Shown here: positions 57,771-64,000 of the stretch, in pieces | How the letters are laid out: each line of letters begins with the position of its first letter | Numbering within the stretch: position 1 is the first letter of the stretch | Assembly (NCBI GenBank): GCA_008632985.1 | Contig: QPGO01000030.1 | Span: 433,135 to 497,134 of the forward strand | Reading direction: 5' to 3' | DNA from: Psammoneis japonica | Lineage: Eukaryota | DNA: 64,000 nucleotides | Notes under the pieces: generated by a model | Database searches by the model: none | The model's input: only the letters and a program-made list of their open reading frames with translations | What the model was told of the DNA's origin: nothing | Position numbers and translations under genes: made by a program

Positions 57771-59615
57771 TCAATCCCACCAGTTAAATCCTCCGGCACC
57801 TCCAGCATCTCCGCCAGTAGCACCGCTTCCATAGTAACTACGATAATCCCATGTCTGCGTTCCGTCAACCTGCTGCTGCTGCTGCTGCGCGTTTGGAGGA
57901 GCAACTGGAGGGGGCACGCTGTAGCCCTGCTGTTGCTGATTTCCGTAGTTGTATCCACCACCACCACCAGGAGGAGGAGGCATATTATAACCTTGCGGCG
58001 GAGGTGGTGGAGGAAGGGATGCACCGGTAGGCATGGGAGGCGGAGGTGGCAGGTTTGTAGCAGGTGGGGGCTGCTGTGCCGGGAACCCAGCAGGCGGAAG
58101 CGGCGGTGGACCTGCTCCAGGTAGCGGCGGCGGACCGGATGGAGGAGGGGGCAATCCAGCCACCGGCGGAGGAGGGAGCGTTTCACTGCTAGTAGCGCTT
58201 GGTGTAGCAACTTTGTCGGCGGGTTTGATGATTGTGATTCCTGTCGCGGTAGCAGGTAGAGGAGCTGCGGGTGCTACTCCTGGACCAGCTCCATTTGCAG
58301 CGTCTGGAGGCGGACCATCAGCTTTCTCTACCTTCTTTCCGTCCAGTTCCGCCATAAAATTGACGTATTCAGAATCGAGTTGCTTTGCATCCTTCTGCTC
58401 GGTTGGTTTCTGGGTACAATCCCGTGTCGGATGGCTTGTGTCACCACAAATTGCGCACTTAACAGCTACCGTGGATTTGTTCATCGCAAAGCGCCGAGGG
58501 CATTCAAAAGACCTGTGGCCCTTTTCAGCACAAATTTGGCAGAACTCCTCGTCCTTGAGTGTTCCGTTCAAGAGTGCGAGCTCTCGTAACTGCTGCTGTT
58601 TGTGAACGTTTTTCTCGTCATCAATAACAACCAGCATTTGCTGGATCATGTCCGTCGCCGCGTCAACCGATCTCTGGTCCTCTCCGGTAATTACCACGTG
58701 AAGAGGCTCATCGTCGCCTTCCATAACCTTACCATCTCGCCTTCCTCGCGCCCCCACCTTTACGGAGCCGCGGCCACGAATAGCGATCTTACAGCCCGTC
58801 TTGGCTTCCAATTCCTTCTGCGTCTTGCCACGAGGACCAATAATAAGTCCAATAAAATTATAGGTAGGATGCTCTTCCACCGGGATACGAATCTTGTTTG
58901 TACGCTTTCTCCGCAGCATATGGCCTCCTTGTCGCATCGCAGGGTTCATTCCCATGATTTCCTCCAAGACGTCGTGACGTTCTGTTGTATAGCGTTCCCT
59001 CCAACGCACCTCACGGGTATTCTTTCGCTTACCGTCCACGCCGTATACCGGAGGAGGAGAAGGAGAACGATCGCGATGACCACGAGGCAACGCGTCGACA
59101 CGAGCAGCCTCGGCTTCCAAGTTTGTGAGTTTGTCATTGATGGTTCGCAAACGTGCTTGAAGAGTGGTCATGCGTTGCTGCTGGTCGGGTGTCAAATTAG
59201 CCGGCATACCCGGGAGAACTCCTCCAGCACCACCCATTCCTGGCAATGGCAGTCCGGGCACTGCGGGCCGAGGTGGTGGGGCGGCGGGTGTCTCATCGCG
59301 ACCCCAACGAGATCGTCGTTGCTTTCCACCACTGTCATCTGCAGATCCCCACCGAGATTTGCGCTTACGAGGTACAGCTGCACTACTACCGCCGCTCTCT
59401 TGCCTCTGCTGAAACTGAAGATAAGCCTTACGCGCTTCCTTCCAACCCTTCCAATTGATAACCTCCTTCCAAAGACCAGGATAAGGACCGTACTTGACAC
59501 GTACAGCCTCTGCTTCAGGGGAAGATCCCTGATACCATGTCTTCATCGCAACATGCTCGCCGCGAATCGTGGCAATCATTCTGCTGCCGCTTCTCCATCT
59601 TGACCCATGTTTCAC
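57771..59615 (-). CDS. SF1: Splicing factor 1 / branchpoint-bridging protein
   Basis: RKRKSRWG ULM, RSPSPPPVY, KH domain NFIGLIIGPRGKTQK, QUA2 QQLRELALLNGTL, two CCHC knuckles and a Pro-rich tail; exact start uncertain. Confidence 0.92.
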   Translation of the reverse strand: MKHGSRWRSGSRMIATIRGEHVAMKTWYQGSSPEAEAVRVKYGPYPGLWKEVINWKGWKEARKAYLQFQQRQESGGSSAAVPRKRKSRWGSADDSGGKQRRSRWGRDETPAAPPPRPAVPGLPLPGMGGAGGVLPGMPANLTPDQQQRMTTLQARLRTINDKLTNLEAEAARVDALPRGHRDRSPSPPPVYGVDGKRKNTREVRWRERYTTERHDVLEEIMGMNPAMRQGGHMLRRKRTNKIRIPVEEHPTYNFIGLIIGPRGKTQKELEAKTGCKIAIRGRGSVKVGARGRRDGKVMEGDDEPLHVVITGEDQRSVDAATDMIQQMLVVIDDEKNVHKQQQLRELALLNGTLKDEEFCQICAEKGHRSFECPRRFAMNKSTVAVKCAICGDTSHPTRDCTQKPTEQKDAKQLDSEYVNFMAELDGKKVEKADGPPPDAANGAGPGVAPAAPLPATATGITIIKPADKVATPSATSSETLPPPPVAGLPPPPSGPPPLPGAGPPPLPPAGFPAQQPPPATNLPPPPPMPTGASLPPPPPPQGYNMPPPPGGGGGYNYGNQQQQGYSVPPPVAPPNAQQQQQQVDGTQTWDYRSYYGSGATGGDAGGAGGFNWWD

Positions 59616-60264
59616 GATACGATTCTAGGTGCCTAGTTAGTAGAGCAGTCACCAGTTCGTATGCAAATAACAATTCTTCTCCGCTGCTTCTCCGGAGTCT
59701 TCGTGTTTGTTTGCTTCGCTGTTTTCTCTTTTTTTGCTTTGTTGACTTCGGTCGTGTCGTCGTGTGATCTGATGCAAGATTCCGAATTCTGTGGTGAGTC
59801 CATCGTCAGGTCTGCAAGTCACCCGTCGCGCTAGAAGAAACTAGCTAGTAGAGCATCTAAATGGTAAGGGAGATCATGCATGCCTCGCAATTTCATCCCG
59901 GTGCCGGCACTTGCATTGTAGCTTCGAATGAGGACTAAGGCAAGTTGGTTGGGGAAGCGAGCACTTCGGCACTGTAGCTGAAAAAGGAAAAAGGCCATTC
60001 ATCTACAAGTAATCCTCTAGAGTACAACAAACACTGATTTTATTCCCGTCTCATGAATCGGCAGTGCATTGTCTGCACTTGTTTGAGTTGGTAGGAGCCG
60101 AGGCCAGTTTAAACAAGTTACCTTAGCGCTCTCCAGTTGCACAGAAAGCAAGTTGTTGAGGCGTCCTACCGAGATCTCGACTAATCGAAAACAGCCTTGA
60201 AGCCCACTGTGTAGATCAGCGTTCTTTATATTTACTTTGTGACAGTGCAAGTCTTCCTACCAAG

Positions 60265-61442
<1,178 letters not shown>

Positions 61443-61901
61443 GGTGAGCGCTTCTCTCTCGAATAAGTGACAATGCCATCGTTCGAAGATCGCAAAGCGG
61501 GGACCACCGCGGACTTGGATACGTCATTCATTGATGACTTCTCTTCTGGATTTGAGATTCCTTTCGATATTTAGAATGTGCCACCTGGTATGCTATTCTA
61601 CGTAGGAAAGACCTGCACTCGTTTCAGATGGAATCCTAGTTTCAAGATGAACGCTGACGTCAGACCCCACTATCGCACGTACGTGTCCATACGCGCCCAA
61701 CGTCAGCATGGAATGCTTTTTAGCCAATCAAATCGCTCAATTCTTGTGCCGCGCGTTCATAATTTCAAAGTTTGAACGCGTACGCACACCGCCGCTCATC
61801 ATCGTCGCTATTACCGCAACTGCTGTGGCATTGCTCTGTCGTCATCGTTATCCCGCAGTCATAGCTTCTCATTTTTAACATACTACAGCACGAAAGACAC
61901 C

Positions 61902-63941
<2,040 letters not shown>

Positions 63942-64000
63942 ATCACGTTCCCCGTTCACATAGTTTGATTTTGTTCACAAATATTAGTAGACCACACAAC

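Overview
Eukaryotic nuclear DNA, almost certainly from a diatom (stramenopile). The evidence is short GT-AG introns, a mitochondrial TPI-GAPDH fusion head-to-head with a second GAPDH, and diatom-type (CoDi-like) copia fragments. About 15 host genes are present: a small Ser/Asn-rich gene at the window edge, a DHDH-like oxidoreductase, MUTYH, RHL1-like, NDUFAF7-like, PEX12, a giant Nup214-like nucleoporin, ATP11, PCF11, NAC-beta, an ERCC6L-like SNF2, a CBS protein, SF1, GAPDH and TPI-GAPDH. They are interrupted by two islands of dead mobile DNA (~5.3-21.9 kb and ~43.4-50.1 kb). The most striking signal is that in both islands TpA has been almost completely erased by A>G/T>C transitions (TpA>TpG/CpA) on both strands. 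Conserved transposon motifs show Tyr>Cys/His, Val>Ala and Thr>Ala changes. The effect has sharp borders, persists where CpG is retained, and spares duplicated host genes. It looks like a transposon-targeted hypermutation system running opposite to fungal RIP; the mechanism is inference only. Mirror-image TAG/CTA-saturated tracts occur in some intergenic regions. Several host genes carry single-base frameshifts, mostly at homopolymers, that are probably assembly errors. All counts were made by eye and are approximate.
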